64,000 bases of DNA from an uncultured bacterium. Lineage in GTDB: Bacteria > Oederibacteriota > JAAXVQ01 > JAUVAV01. The number at the start of each line of letters is the position of its first letter. The first letter of the stretch is position 1. Below are positions 18,089 through 26,651 of the stretch, in pieces. Both the position numbers and the translations under genes were made by a program. The notes under the pieces are model-generated. The model had not been told where the DNA came from. It ran no database searches and was given only the letters and a program-made list of their open reading frames with translations. The stretch is taken from NCBI GenBank assembly GCA_963710755.1, contig CAVQBK010000006.1, positions 1 to 64,000 of the forward strand, in the 5' to 3' direction.

Positions 18089-19228
18089 TCAGAGGCTGTT
18101 TTTCAAAGCATGTACGGCCAGGGCTACCGGCCGGTAAACCGCATGGGCAAATTTTGTAAATGGCAGCAAAACAAGGAGGTCCAGGGCCAGCACGACATGG
18201 GTCAAAAACGCGGCATAAGCCCAGGGCCCTACCAAGGGCAAATAGTCTGCAACCTCCAAAGTAAAACCGGTAAAGACCGTGAAGAAAAAGATCCATAAAA
18301 ACATCCAGTCCGAAAAACGGCCTGAACTGTAAACTGTCTCCAATTTGAGCAAACGACGCAGAATGGTCATACCGGAACCATAAATCGCTGCCAGGCCGCC
18401 CAGGGTACCCAGTAAGCGGGCCGGATAGAGCAAGCTTACGGCACTGCCCGGGGTTTTAAAAAGAAAATCCCAGGTGGTGGCCAGGCCCATCACGATAAAG
18501 CCCCACATCATGGCCATATGCAGCACCCGCCTGGAAACAAACCAGGTCACCGGTTTTTTATCCTCGTCGCATTCGGCAAACCGTCTTTGCACGCCGATTT
18601 CCCGGGCCACGGCAATCATTTCAGGCACCAGGGTTTTAAGGGAGAATTTAAACTTAGGCACACTAGGCTGACCCGGTAATTGCACCTGCCAATTCTGGAA
18701 TACGGTGCGCAAGGCATTAATAACCAATACCAGTCCCAGAAAACCAATCGCCGCCACACCCATATTATGGATTAATTCAAAAGGAATGAATTTAAATAAT
18801 TGTAATGGACCTTGCGGCATAGGCCCGCGATGGGCCATGAGGAAGATTGCAAAAAAGGCCGAGATAGCCAGGTAAAATACCATGGCCCCCAGTCCGCCAC
18901 GGTGCAGCAATCCGGCGATGCCCGTAAAATCGACTTTACTGATGGCAAAACTGCGGGCTGCTGCCATAAAGGTACCGGGTTTGGCATCACGCGGACAGGT
19001 ATCGGAACAGGCGCCGCAATAATAACAGAGCCAGACTTCAGGCGCTGCAGCTACTTTCTTGTCCAGGCCAAGCTGGGCCAACCGGATCAGACGCCTGGGA
19101 AAAGTATTATATTCTTTGGACAAAGGGCATACAGCGGAACAGTTGCCGCAATGATAGCAGGCACTAATGTCCTTAGCCCCGAATTTTTTCAGCTTGTTGA
19201 TAAGCTTGGGTTCAGTGGATATTAGCAT
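18089..19228 (-). CDS. QmoC-like membrane subunit (HdrC-type 2x[4Fe-4S] domain plus NarI-like cytochrome b region)
   Basis: CYHCGNCSAVCP and WLCYYCGACSDTCP, followed by several TM helices carrying His residues (LIHN, VLHM, LTHV, KFAHAVYRP). Confidence 0.85.
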   Translation of the reverse strand: MLISTEPKLINKLKKFGAKDISACYHCGNCSAVCPLSKEYNTFPRRLIRLAQLGLDKKVAAAPEVWLCYYCGACSDTCPRDAKPGTFMAAARSFAISKVDFTGIAGLLHRGGLGAMVFYLAISAFFAIFLMAHRGPMPQGPLQLFKFIPFELIHNMGVAAIGFLGLVLVINALRTVFQNWQVQLPGQPSVPKFKFSLKTLVPEMIAVAREIGVQRRFAECDEDKKPVTWFVSRRVLHMAMMWGFIVMGLATTWDFLFKTPGSAVSLLYPARLLGTLGGLAAIYGSGMTILRRLLKLETVYSSGRFSDWMFLWIFFFTVFTGFTLEVADYLPLVGPWAYAAFLTHVVLALDLLVLLPFTKFAHAVYRPVALAVHALKNSL

Positions 19229-19515
19229 GCATTCTTATCCTCACAAAAAGAGTAGGTAAAATAATCCCCCTCCTGCGCACTCTCCTTGATTTGACCATAT
19301 TTGCGCATGGAGGCCAGGTGCCATAAGACCTCAGCCGTGGGCAGTTGGCAATGATCAGCCAACGCCGGCACAGTGGACGGGCCCGAAGCTTTGAGTTGGT
19401 TCACGATTTTTTGACGCGTCTGTCTGGTTTGTTTCATATAAGCCTGGGCCTGACTGACCGAGGCCTGTTTTTCCTGGCGCAGGGTTTTTAAGTCGTTAAC
19501 CTTGTTGTCTTCCAT
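19222..19515 (-). CDS. Small winged-helix DNA-binding protein
   Basis: GPSTVPALADHCQLPTAEVLWHLASMRKYGQI followed by a beta wing; overlaps the next gene. Confidence 0.7.
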   Translation of the reverse strand: MEDNKVNDLKTLRQEKQASVSQAQAYMKQTRQTRQKIVNQLKASGPSTVPALADHCQLPTAEVLWHLASMRKYGQIKESAQEGDYFTYSFCEDKNAC

Positions 19516-19554
19516 AAATAACTCCTTCGGCTTCTGGTTGCCTCGCGAACCCTT

Positions 19555-19641
19555 GCAGGGAAGGGTCGCGACCCTTCCCTAAAATATTAAATCCCCATGG
19601 TCTGATGATTATCGTAAGGACGACATATTTATCGCCCCTGC
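19555..19641. repeat. REP-like palindromes inside the cluster
   Basis: Perfect 24-bp palindrome AGGGAAGGGTCGCGACCCTTCCCT (19557-19580) and a degenerate GTAAGGACGA...TCGCCCCTGC (19614-19641). Confidence 0.55.
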
Positions 19642-19661
19642 CCGCCAATTCCTGGTGCTCC

Positions 19662-21449
19662 TCACGGCGCTGCTAAAATCGCTTCTACCATGGCGTCATA
19701 TTGATCCAATTCCCAGCCATCCACGCTAATAGCTCTCTCCGGGCAAACAGCGCCGCAAGCACCGCAGCCTTTGCAAATGGCCTCATTGATCACAGCCTGC
19801 TTCACTTTTTTGCCGTTCACTTCCTTTTCTTCCATGACAATGGCGCCTTCATAGCCGCAGTGGTCCACGCATAACCCATGGCCTTGGCAGCGGCTGTGAT
19901 CCACCCTGGCTACAAAAGGCGGCAGTTCCACAAAGCCTTTGGCAAGAATAGCCGAAGCTTTGACTGCGGCGGCCGACGCTGCGGAAGAAGCCTCGATGAT
20001 GTCCATCGGAGCCTGAGCCGTCCCGGCCAGCAAAAGCCCCGGTTTGGGCAGTTCCACTGGTTTTAACTTGGGATGGCCTTCCTGCAGAAAGCCGTCACTG
20101 CTTCTGGGCAATTTTAACTGGTCCACCAAATCATCAATACTTGCCGGTTCCATGCCCGTGACCAAGACCACCAGATCCACTTCCAATTCCAGCAATTCAT
20201 TAAAAGTCAATTTGTCTTGTACTTCCAGCACCACGCCAGTGGCCGTATTTTTAACTTGAGGCATGCTCTGCCCGTCCACTTTAAAAAAGAGGGTGCCCTG
20301 GCGGGCGGCTTTTTCGTACAAGGCTTCATGCCCACGACCGTAGGTGCGAATATCCTGGTAAACATGGAACAATTGCAGCTGCGGATCGCGATCCTTCACC
20401 ATGGTTGACCAATTCAAGGCCGTGGTGCAGCATACCCGGGAACAATATTCGTTGCAAGCCTTGCCTTCCGGTGGATTGAACACGCCCGGAATCTGCCTGC
20501 TGCCTACGCAGTGAATAACGCCTATCTTCTTAACCGGCCTGCCCTTCCATACCATACGTCCCTGATCAAACAGGGCTGCTCCGCTTTCCATAAGTTCGGG
20601 CAAGGTCGCCACCTGAGGCCATTGACCATAGCCCAGCTCGCCCGGGGCGGGACGATAGGGTTGAAAACCAGTGGCCATGATAATCACGCCGGCTTCCAAC
20701 AGTTCTTCCTGGCCCTGCTGCATAAGCGTTGCTGAAAAATTCCCCACAAAACCATTTACTTTTTTCAGTTCTGTATTGGTGCTGACTGTAATTCCTGTTG
20801 TCCGGTTAACCCGGCTTACAAGGTCTTCCACCAAGGTGCGCCCGTCAATGCCTTGGGGATATATATGGTTTAGTTGACGAGTAAATCCGCCTAAGTTGTC
20901 CTGCTTTTCGATCAAACGCACCTGTAAGCCGCGCTTGGCGAGATCGAGGGCAGCTTTCAAGCCGGCCACGCCGCCGCCGATGATCAGAGCTCTTTTTTTG
21001 GCTTCCACAGTGATCGGTTCCAGCGGTTTTAAGAGTTTCGCTTTGGCTACTCCGCCCGCCACCAAGGCCTCGGCTTTGGCAGTGGCTTCCTTCTGGCGGT
21101 GATGGACCCAACTGACTTGCTCCCGGATGTTAACGTGTTCGTAGAGGTAAGGATTTAATTCAGCACGTTTTAAGGCACGGCGGAAGGTGGTTTCATGCAA
21201 ATGAGGAGCGCAAGCCGCAATCACCACACGGTCAAGTTTTTCCGCTTTAATGTCATCTTCAACCTGTTTCTGGCCCAGAGCGGAACACATGAACATATTG
21301 GTCCGGCTGCAAACCACCTGGTCAATGCCGCCGGCTTGGCGGGCCACCTCGGCCACATCCACCACATCGGAGATGTTACCTCCGCAATGACAAATATAGA
21401 CGCCAACCCGATGAGTTGTCGCAGGTTGGCTGGTTTTAGAATCATCCAT
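19662..21449 (-). CDS. hdrA: HdrA-family flavoprotein (N-terminal FeS domain, FAD, C-terminal ferredoxin)
   Basis: GVYICHCGGNI, MCS, AACAP, VNIREQ, IGGGVAG, HCVGSR, YCSRVCC, HPKLKPVE, CQGHGLC and CKGCGACGAVCP. Start placed at MDDSK, overlapping the upstream stop; the ORF track starts at 21596. Confidence 0.9.
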   Translation of the reverse strand: MDDSKTSQPATTHRVGVYICHCGGNISDVVDVAEVARQAGGIDQVVCSRTNMFMCSALGQKQVEDDIKAEKLDRVVIAACAPHLHETTFRRALKRAELNPYLYEHVNIREQVSWVHHRQKEATAKAEALVAGGVAKAKLLKPLEPITVEAKKRALIIGGGVAGLKAALDLAKRGLQVRLIEKQDNLGGFTRQLNHIYPQGIDGRTLVEDLVSRVNRTTGITVSTNTELKKVNGFVGNFSATLMQQGQEELLEAGVIIMATGFQPYRPAPGELGYGQWPQVATLPELMESGAALFDQGRMVWKGRPVKKIGVIHCVGSRQIPGVFNPPEGKACNEYCSRVCCTTALNWSTMVKDRDPQLQLFHVYQDIRTYGRGHEALYEKAARQGTLFFKVDGQSMPQVKNTATGVVLEVQDKLTFNELLELEVDLVVLVTGMEPASIDDLVDQLKLPRSSDGFLQEGHPKLKPVELPKPGLLLAGTAQAPMDIIEASSAASAAAVKASAILAKGFVELPPFVARVDHSRCQGHGLCVDHCGYEGAIVMEEKEVNGKKVKQAVINEAICKGCGACGAVCPERAISVDGWELDQYDAMVEAILAAP

Positions 21450-22764
21450 GGTTAACGGTCTCCATTTGCAATACTGAACTTTGCTGTTGCAGGTAAGTGG
21501 AAGCTTCCATGGCCGCAGCCCCGGCTTCCACGATGGTATCGACGATGTCCTTAGGCCCCGTGGCCATACCGCATAAAAACAACCCCGGCACAGCACTGAT
21601 GGTAGGTGCGATCATGCTCTTGCCCTGCTGGTAAAAACCATCATCTGCATCCGCAAGAGCCGTAATCGTCAAAGTCTTAGGCGACGGCACAATCCCCAAG
21701 GAAAGCACGGTCATGTCGTGGCTGATTTCTTCCACCCGGCCGTCTTCATCAATGTGCTCAATGCGCAGCACCGTGTTTTGCTGATCATCTTCTTTGATCC
21801 TGCCCACCTTGGCCTTTACAAACTGGATACCCATAGCCTGGGCATTTTGGAAAAACTGTTCGTAGTTCTTGCCAAAAGCGCGGATGTCCATGTAATAAAT
21901 GGTGATATCGGCCAGAGGCAAGGAGCCGCTGAGCAGCATGGCCTGCTTGATGGAATACATACAGCACACGCGGGAGCAATGGGCCACCCCGCATTGCTGA
22001 TCCCTGGACCCGGCGCACAGCACATAAGCAATGCTATCGGGCACCTTACCATCCGAAGGCCGGATGACCCGGCCATAGGGCCCGTGAGGCGCGAGCAGGC
22101 GTTCCATTTGCAGGCTGGTGATAACGTTGTCAATTTCAGCGCCGTGGTATTCGGCCTTATAGTCAAGCGGCAGCAGTTCGTAACCGGTCGCCATAATCAC
22201 GGTCTTGGCTTGAACTTCAACAGTCTCGTCTTTTTGCCAGTAATCAATGGCATCAGTAGGACAAGCTTTGGCGCAAAGCCCGCAGAGGGTGCAGTGATCC
22301 ATGTCGATCATGGCCAACTGGGGCATGGCATTGGTAAAAGGAATATAGGCCGCCCGGCGCGCGCCCAGCGTGCCTTCGAATTCATCGCGCACATCCACCG
22401 GGCAGGCATATTCGCAGAGCCGGCAGCTGATGCATTTTTCCTGGTCCACATAACGGGCCTTTTTGGTGATATCCAGATGAAAACGGTCGGCTTCTTTTTG
22501 CACGGCTGTTACATCACTGTAGGTCCAATAGGTAATATTTTCATGATGGGCCACGGCCGCCATTTTAGGGGTGGTGATGCAACTGGAACAATCGAGGGTG
22601 GGAAAGACCTTGCTGAGACCGATCATCTTACCGCCAATGCTGGGCTGTTTTTCCACCACCAGGACTTTGAAGCCCTGATCGGCCAAATCAAGCGCGCTTT
22701 GCATACCGGCAATACCACCGCCGATGACGGCTGCATCGTAGAGGATGGGAGTTTGTGCTGTCAT
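21442..22764 (-). CDS. hdrA: HdrA/QmoA-like flavoprotein with inserted ferredoxin domain
   Basis: IGGGIAG, LSKVFPTLDCSSCI, CISCRLCEYACP, CTLCGLCAKACP, CAGSRD, CSRVCC, DIRAFGK and GPKDI. Confidence 0.9.
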   Translation of the reverse strand: MTAQTPILYDAAVIGGGIAGMQSALDLADQGFKVLVVEKQPSIGGKMIGLSKVFPTLDCSSCITTPKMAAVAHHENITYWTYSDVTAVQKEADRFHLDITKKARYVDQEKCISCRLCEYACPVDVRDEFEGTLGARRAAYIPFTNAMPQLAMIDMDHCTLCGLCAKACPTDAIDYWQKDETVEVQAKTVIMATGYELLPLDYKAEYHGAEIDNVITSLQMERLLAPHGPYGRVIRPSDGKVPDSIAYVLCAGSRDQQCGVAHCSRVCCMYSIKQAMLLSGSLPLADITIYYMDIRAFGKNYEQFFQNAQAMGIQFVKAKVGRIKEDDQQNTVLRIEHIDEDGRVEEISHDMTVLSLGIVPSPKTLTITALADADDGFYQQGKSMIAPTISAVPGLFLCGMATGPKDIVDTIVEAGAAAMEASTYLQQQSSVLQMETVNHG

Positions 22765-23201
22765 GACTTGCTGCTATCCTTTCCTGCCAAAACCTCCTGG
22801 CGCATCTGCTCCAGCGTATCTTCCATCATTTTAATTTCATTAAGAAAAGCCTTGATGCAGACCGTGCAAATAGAGGTCAGCCGTAAACGGCGTGTGTCGA
22901 GACCACGGGTTTTCATATCGGCCGTCACCTTGTCAATGCGTTTGGCCAGCCGTTCGTAAGCCCCGGTATAAGGGCATTCATGGCCTCCGGACATGAGAAT
23001 AATGGCGGCCGCGCCTTTTTCAAAACACTGAAAATAAAATTCTTCCGGAAAAAGCACGGGCGACGGCACGCGCATAATATAGGCGTTTTCCGAATACTGC
23101 TGATGGGCTTGGCCGGCGGCATTGGCGCCGGGGTAACCGCAGGATTCGGTGGCAAAAATCAGAATCTTTTTTTGATTGATCAGATCTGCGTTCATGGTCA
23201 A
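22761..23201 (-). CDS. mvhD: MvhD/FlpD-like [2Fe-2S] subunit
   Basis: KILIFATESCGYPGANAAG...Y...IMRVP...ECPY...RRLRLTSICTVC; adjacent to hdrA. The start may be the second Met (23195). Confidence 0.8.
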   Translation of the reverse strand: MTMNADLINQKKILIFATESCGYPGANAAGQAHQQYSENAYIMRVPSPVLFPEEFYFQCFEKGAAAIILMSGGHECPYTGAYERLAKRIDKVTADMKTRGLDTRRLRLTSICTVCIKAFLNEIKMMEDTLEQMRQEVLAGKDSSKS

Positions 23202-23202
23202 G

Positions 23203-23448
23203 TTACTTTTTGCGGGTCAGAAAATGGCGGTCATAATTATCGACTTCCAAATAGCCCATATATTCATGACCGACTTTTTTCGCCCACGCCGGCAAATCAG
23301 AGCGGGTTCCCTTGTCATTGGAGACCACTTCCAAAATGCCGCCTACATTGACTTTACCAATGCCCTTCTTGGCTTCCAACAAAGGTCCGGGGCAGGCTGA
23401 CCCACGTGCGTCCACCACGCTATCGGCTTTTACTGTATTCAGTTCCAT
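23203..23448 (-). CDS. tusA: Sulfurtransferase TusA family protein
   Basis: VDARGSACPGPLL motif and DLPAWAKKVGH; 81 aa. Confidence 0.92.
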   Translation of the reverse strand: MELNTVKADSVVDARGSACPGPLLEAKKGIGKVNVGGILEVVSNDKGTRSDLPAWAKKVGHEYMGYLEVDNYDRHFLTRKK

Positions 23449-24049
23449 GATGTTGAATCCTCCTCTTAAGCATAAACTGTTAATTATTGACCACGCTTTA
23501 TTTCATTAAAATGATTTAAGCTGTAAAGATCCTCTAACCGTTTGCACTTACCCACTGAGTAGATACGGCTATCTTAAACTAAGACTAACCACCAGGTTTG
23601 ATGAAAATTGAAAGATGGATTTAAAAAGGTTGGATAACCTATGGTTACTACTATTAAGATTGATTCCTACTTTACATGATCATCCTTCATCTTTCAATAA
23701 TTTATTATAAAAAGTCGTAAAAATCATCATCCTTTCAAACAATCACTTTTAATATAAACTTTCCTCCATTTAAAAAATTATCGTCAAGTTACCCCCATCA
23801 ATTAACTTACCTTTCCATTCTTTTTAGCTTATTTTAAATGGAAAGATCGATTGTCCTTTGTAAAATGTTAAAATTTAGATATAATAAGGAAAAGTTTTTT
23901 TGTAATTATTTTGTATATTTCAAACAGATAACTACCGATACTTATTTCAAGCATGAAGCACATAATACAAGGCGTTTTGTTCAAAGTTAGTAACTAACTG
24001 GTTGATGCTTACTCCTTTAAACTTAGCTTTTTTCATTGCTGGAGGATGA

Positions 24050-26533
24050 ATGAAACTTTCCAACAAAATAATGCGTTCCCTCCTGTCTTTTTGCCTCTTC
24101 ATCCTTGTCATTTTTGTTTCTTTTTCTTCTGCTTCCGCATTGATCAAACGCTATGTTATGCCCGGCGGCTGGGATGGCGCTAGTGGCAATTCCGTGCTAA
24201 CAGCCTACGGCAGCATTACCAAAATCGTGCAAGACCTCAGCAGTGGCAGTTTGGCTGCTTCCGCCGATGCCATCGAAATCTATATTGCGGCCGGGACATA
24301 CGCCACTGACAATTTCAACTTGAACGCTCTTAATCAATTTTCTTCCATCAGATTCATTGGTGATCCCAGCGCCCAAGTGTTTACAACGCCGGGTGATGTA
24401 AACCTGAACTTCAATGCCACCAGTGCGCTTTACGGCCTATCCATTGTGAATCAGCAAAGTCCTCTTGCTTTTGAAAGTCTGGCCTTCAGCAATCCCAACC
24501 AGGCTATGGTCTCCATTCAGGCCTCCTCGCAGATCACTTTCTCTCAATGCAGTTTCACCGGTGATGGCCAAGCCTTCAATGGCCTTAAAGTGGATGCCGC
24601 CTCCAATACCATCGTGGTGGACAGTTGTACCATCAGTCAAACCAATGTTGGCCTCTTATTGGACCACAGTGATAGGGTCATCCTGCAAAACTGCTTTGTG
24701 ACAAACAACAATATCGGCATTCAATGGGTTAATACCCAAAACTGTGCGCTTATCAACAATTACATTACCAAACAACTACAATACGGTCTGCGTATCGAAA
24801 GCGAGAATTTGAGTAGTGTCATATTCAACAACATCATTACCGACAATGCCACCCAGATCTACACGAATTACCCAAATACCTATGTCTATCGCCAAACGGG
24901 CACGGACAGCGAAGGCAATCCTATTTATTCCAATTTGCGGACCTGGAGCAGTTCTGGCAATGTGATCACCCCCAACAACAGTACCCAGATCTTTGCGGAT
25001 GTCAACGGTACTTTAATTTTCAATCAAAAACAATGGCAGGAAGCCGCCAACCGTGACTTTTGGCCGCAAAGCCTTAGCTATACGATGAGTTTCAACTCTC
25101 CCTTAACGGCCGCTAGTGCCAATAGCGACATCATCTTTGGCCATGGGCTAAGCTCCTTTAACGGGTTTACGGCGCCTGCCTACGACGCCAAGGGCACGGC
25201 TCGCCCGTTGCATGGCTTGGATGCCGGCTGCATCGAGATCAGTGAAAACAGCATGGCCCACCACTATACCCTTTCCGCCAGCAGCAGCCATCAACCGCCG
25301 GGTACTACCATGACCATTACTTCGGGCTTAAAGGACAGTATTAATCAAGCTATCAATATTCATACCCTGGCGCGGCCATTATATATTTTCCTGGCCCCTT
25401 CCAGCGTCTCCACCACCGTTGATTCCCTAGGGGTGTTTTCAGACAATACCGGTCAGCTGCAAGCCACAAGCATCAATGGTCTTTATGTGGTCTCCAGTGG
25501 GACCATCATGTCCCCCTATCAACTCGAAGTTAAGCGTACCCAAACCACCAACAACGGCACCCGTTATTATGTGCGCACCATCGAATGGGATGATTGGACC
25601 GCAAACAATACCATCGCCTACGGCGGCATTGGCAATGGTAACAATGTCGGTCTTTTCTGGACCAATCCGCCTGATGCTGATCTTTGCCAGGTGACCGCCA
25701 CGCCCTCTCTTCTGGCCTCGGGCCTTCGCCGCCATCATGCCGAAATCACCGTTCGCGTCGTGGACAGCACCGGCGCTGTCATTCCCAATTTATACAACGG
25801 TGATTTCTCCTTTTCGATCAATGGCGCTAGCGTAAATTGGTACAGTTTTGATGAACTTTCCTCCAGCCCCGGTACTTATCATATCTTCTTTGATACTGCC
25901 CAGGTCGGCACCCGCACCATCACCATTACGGTGTTGGGCCAAGTCTTGAACACCACGCCGGTAGTGGAAGCTTATCCCGGACTATATGGTACCATTACCT
26001 CCTCCGATGGTGCCCAGGCAGCAGCTGATGCTCAAGTCACTGTCATGGCCAACGATTATACGGTACTCGGCAGCACAACCGCGGATAGTAGCGGCCAGTA
26101 TGCGGTGATGGTACCTTCGGCCAACGGCAGTGAGTATATTGTGCGCATCATCGATCCCCATGGCCATTTCCCGCAAAAAGATATGGTGGTAGCCATTCCC
26201 GGTGACACGGCCATGGAATATAACATCACCCTCGAACCTATACCGGCCCATGCCACGCTGGAAGCACACGCTTTTCCCAATCCCGCACACCAAGGACAGA
26301 TACTGACTGTGCCCTACAACCTGCCCCAGGCCGGGCATTTCAAACTAAAGATTTATGATCTTAGGGGCAGACTAGTGATGACCCTTTTTGACGGGCCTGC
26401 GGCCGCCGGGCAAGGCCAATTTAACTGGCCCGGAGTGAATGAAACCGGCAAATCATTAGCTCCTGGTACCTATCGGCTGGTGATGACCTTGGACAAAGCC
26501 ATTGCCACCGCAAGAATCGTGATCGTGCCATAG
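24050..26533 (+). CDS. Secreted protein with parallel beta-helix, Ig-like, carboxypeptidase-regulatory-like and C-terminal FlgD-Ig/T9SS-CTD-like domains
   Basis: Signal peptide; IYIAAGTY; N/S/T-rich beta-helix repeats; C-terminus HAFPNP...FKLKIYDLRGRLV...WPGVNETGKSLAPGTY...IVIVP. Confidence 0.75.
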   Translation: MKLSNKIMRSLLSFCLFILVIFVSFSSASALIKRYVMPGGWDGASGNSVLTAYGSITKIVQDLSSGSLAASADAIEIYIAAGTYATDNFNLNALNQFSSIRFIGDPSAQVFTTPGDVNLNFNATSALYGLSIVNQQSPLAFESLAFSNPNQAMVSIQASSQITFSQCSFTGDGQAFNGLKVDAASNTIVVDSCTISQTNVGLLLDHSDRVILQNCFVTNNNIGIQWVNTQNCALINNYITKQLQYGLRIESENLSSVIFNNIITDNATQIYTNYPNTYVYRQTGTDSEGNPIYSNLRTWSSSGNVITPNNSTQIFADVNGTLIFNQKQWQEAANRDFWPQSLSYTMSFNSPLTAASANSDIIFGHGLSSFNGFTAPAYDAKGTARPLHGLDAGCIEISENSMAHHYTLSASSSHQPPGTTMTITSGLKDSINQAINIHTLARPLYIFLAPSSVSTTVDSLGVFSDNTGQLQATSINGLYVVSSGTIMSPYQLEVKRTQTTNNGTRYYVRTIEWDDWTANNTIAYGGIGNGNNVGLFWTNPPDADLCQVTATPSLLASGLRRHHAEITVRVVDSTGAVIPNLYNGDFSFSINGASVNWYSFDELSSSPGTYHIFFDTAQVGTRTITITVLGQVLNTTPVVEAYPGLYGTITSSDGAQAAADAQVTVMANDYTVLGSTTADSSGQYAVMVPSANGSEYIVRIIDPHGHFPQKDMVVAIPGDTAMEYNITLEPIPAHATLEAHAFPNPAHQGQILTVPYNLPQAGHFKLKIYDLRGRLVMTLFDGPAAAGQGQFNWPGVNETGKSLAPGTYRLVMTLDKAIATARIVIVP

Positions 26534-26651
26534 TATCAACCCATTCCTGCAAAGCGCCAAAGGTGAGGATGGGATTATGGACTATTTTTAATTTCCGATT
26601 ACTCGGGTGCCCGAGCAATCAATTGCTCAAGATCCTAGGGGAGGTGGCTGA

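Noticed and set aside
18069-18296. N-terminal extension of the DsrE2 ORF
   Set aside because: It overlaps the qmoC-like gene in another frame; a better RBS and ATG lie at 18068.
21718-22959. 413-aa plus-strand ORF
   Set aside because: Antisense shadow of hdrA/mvhD caused by codon bias.
23607-23698. 11-bp inverted repeat ATTGAAAGATG...CATCTTTCAAT as a MITE or operator
   Set aside because: Short, in AT-rich DNA, with no target-site duplication or second copy; compatible with chance.
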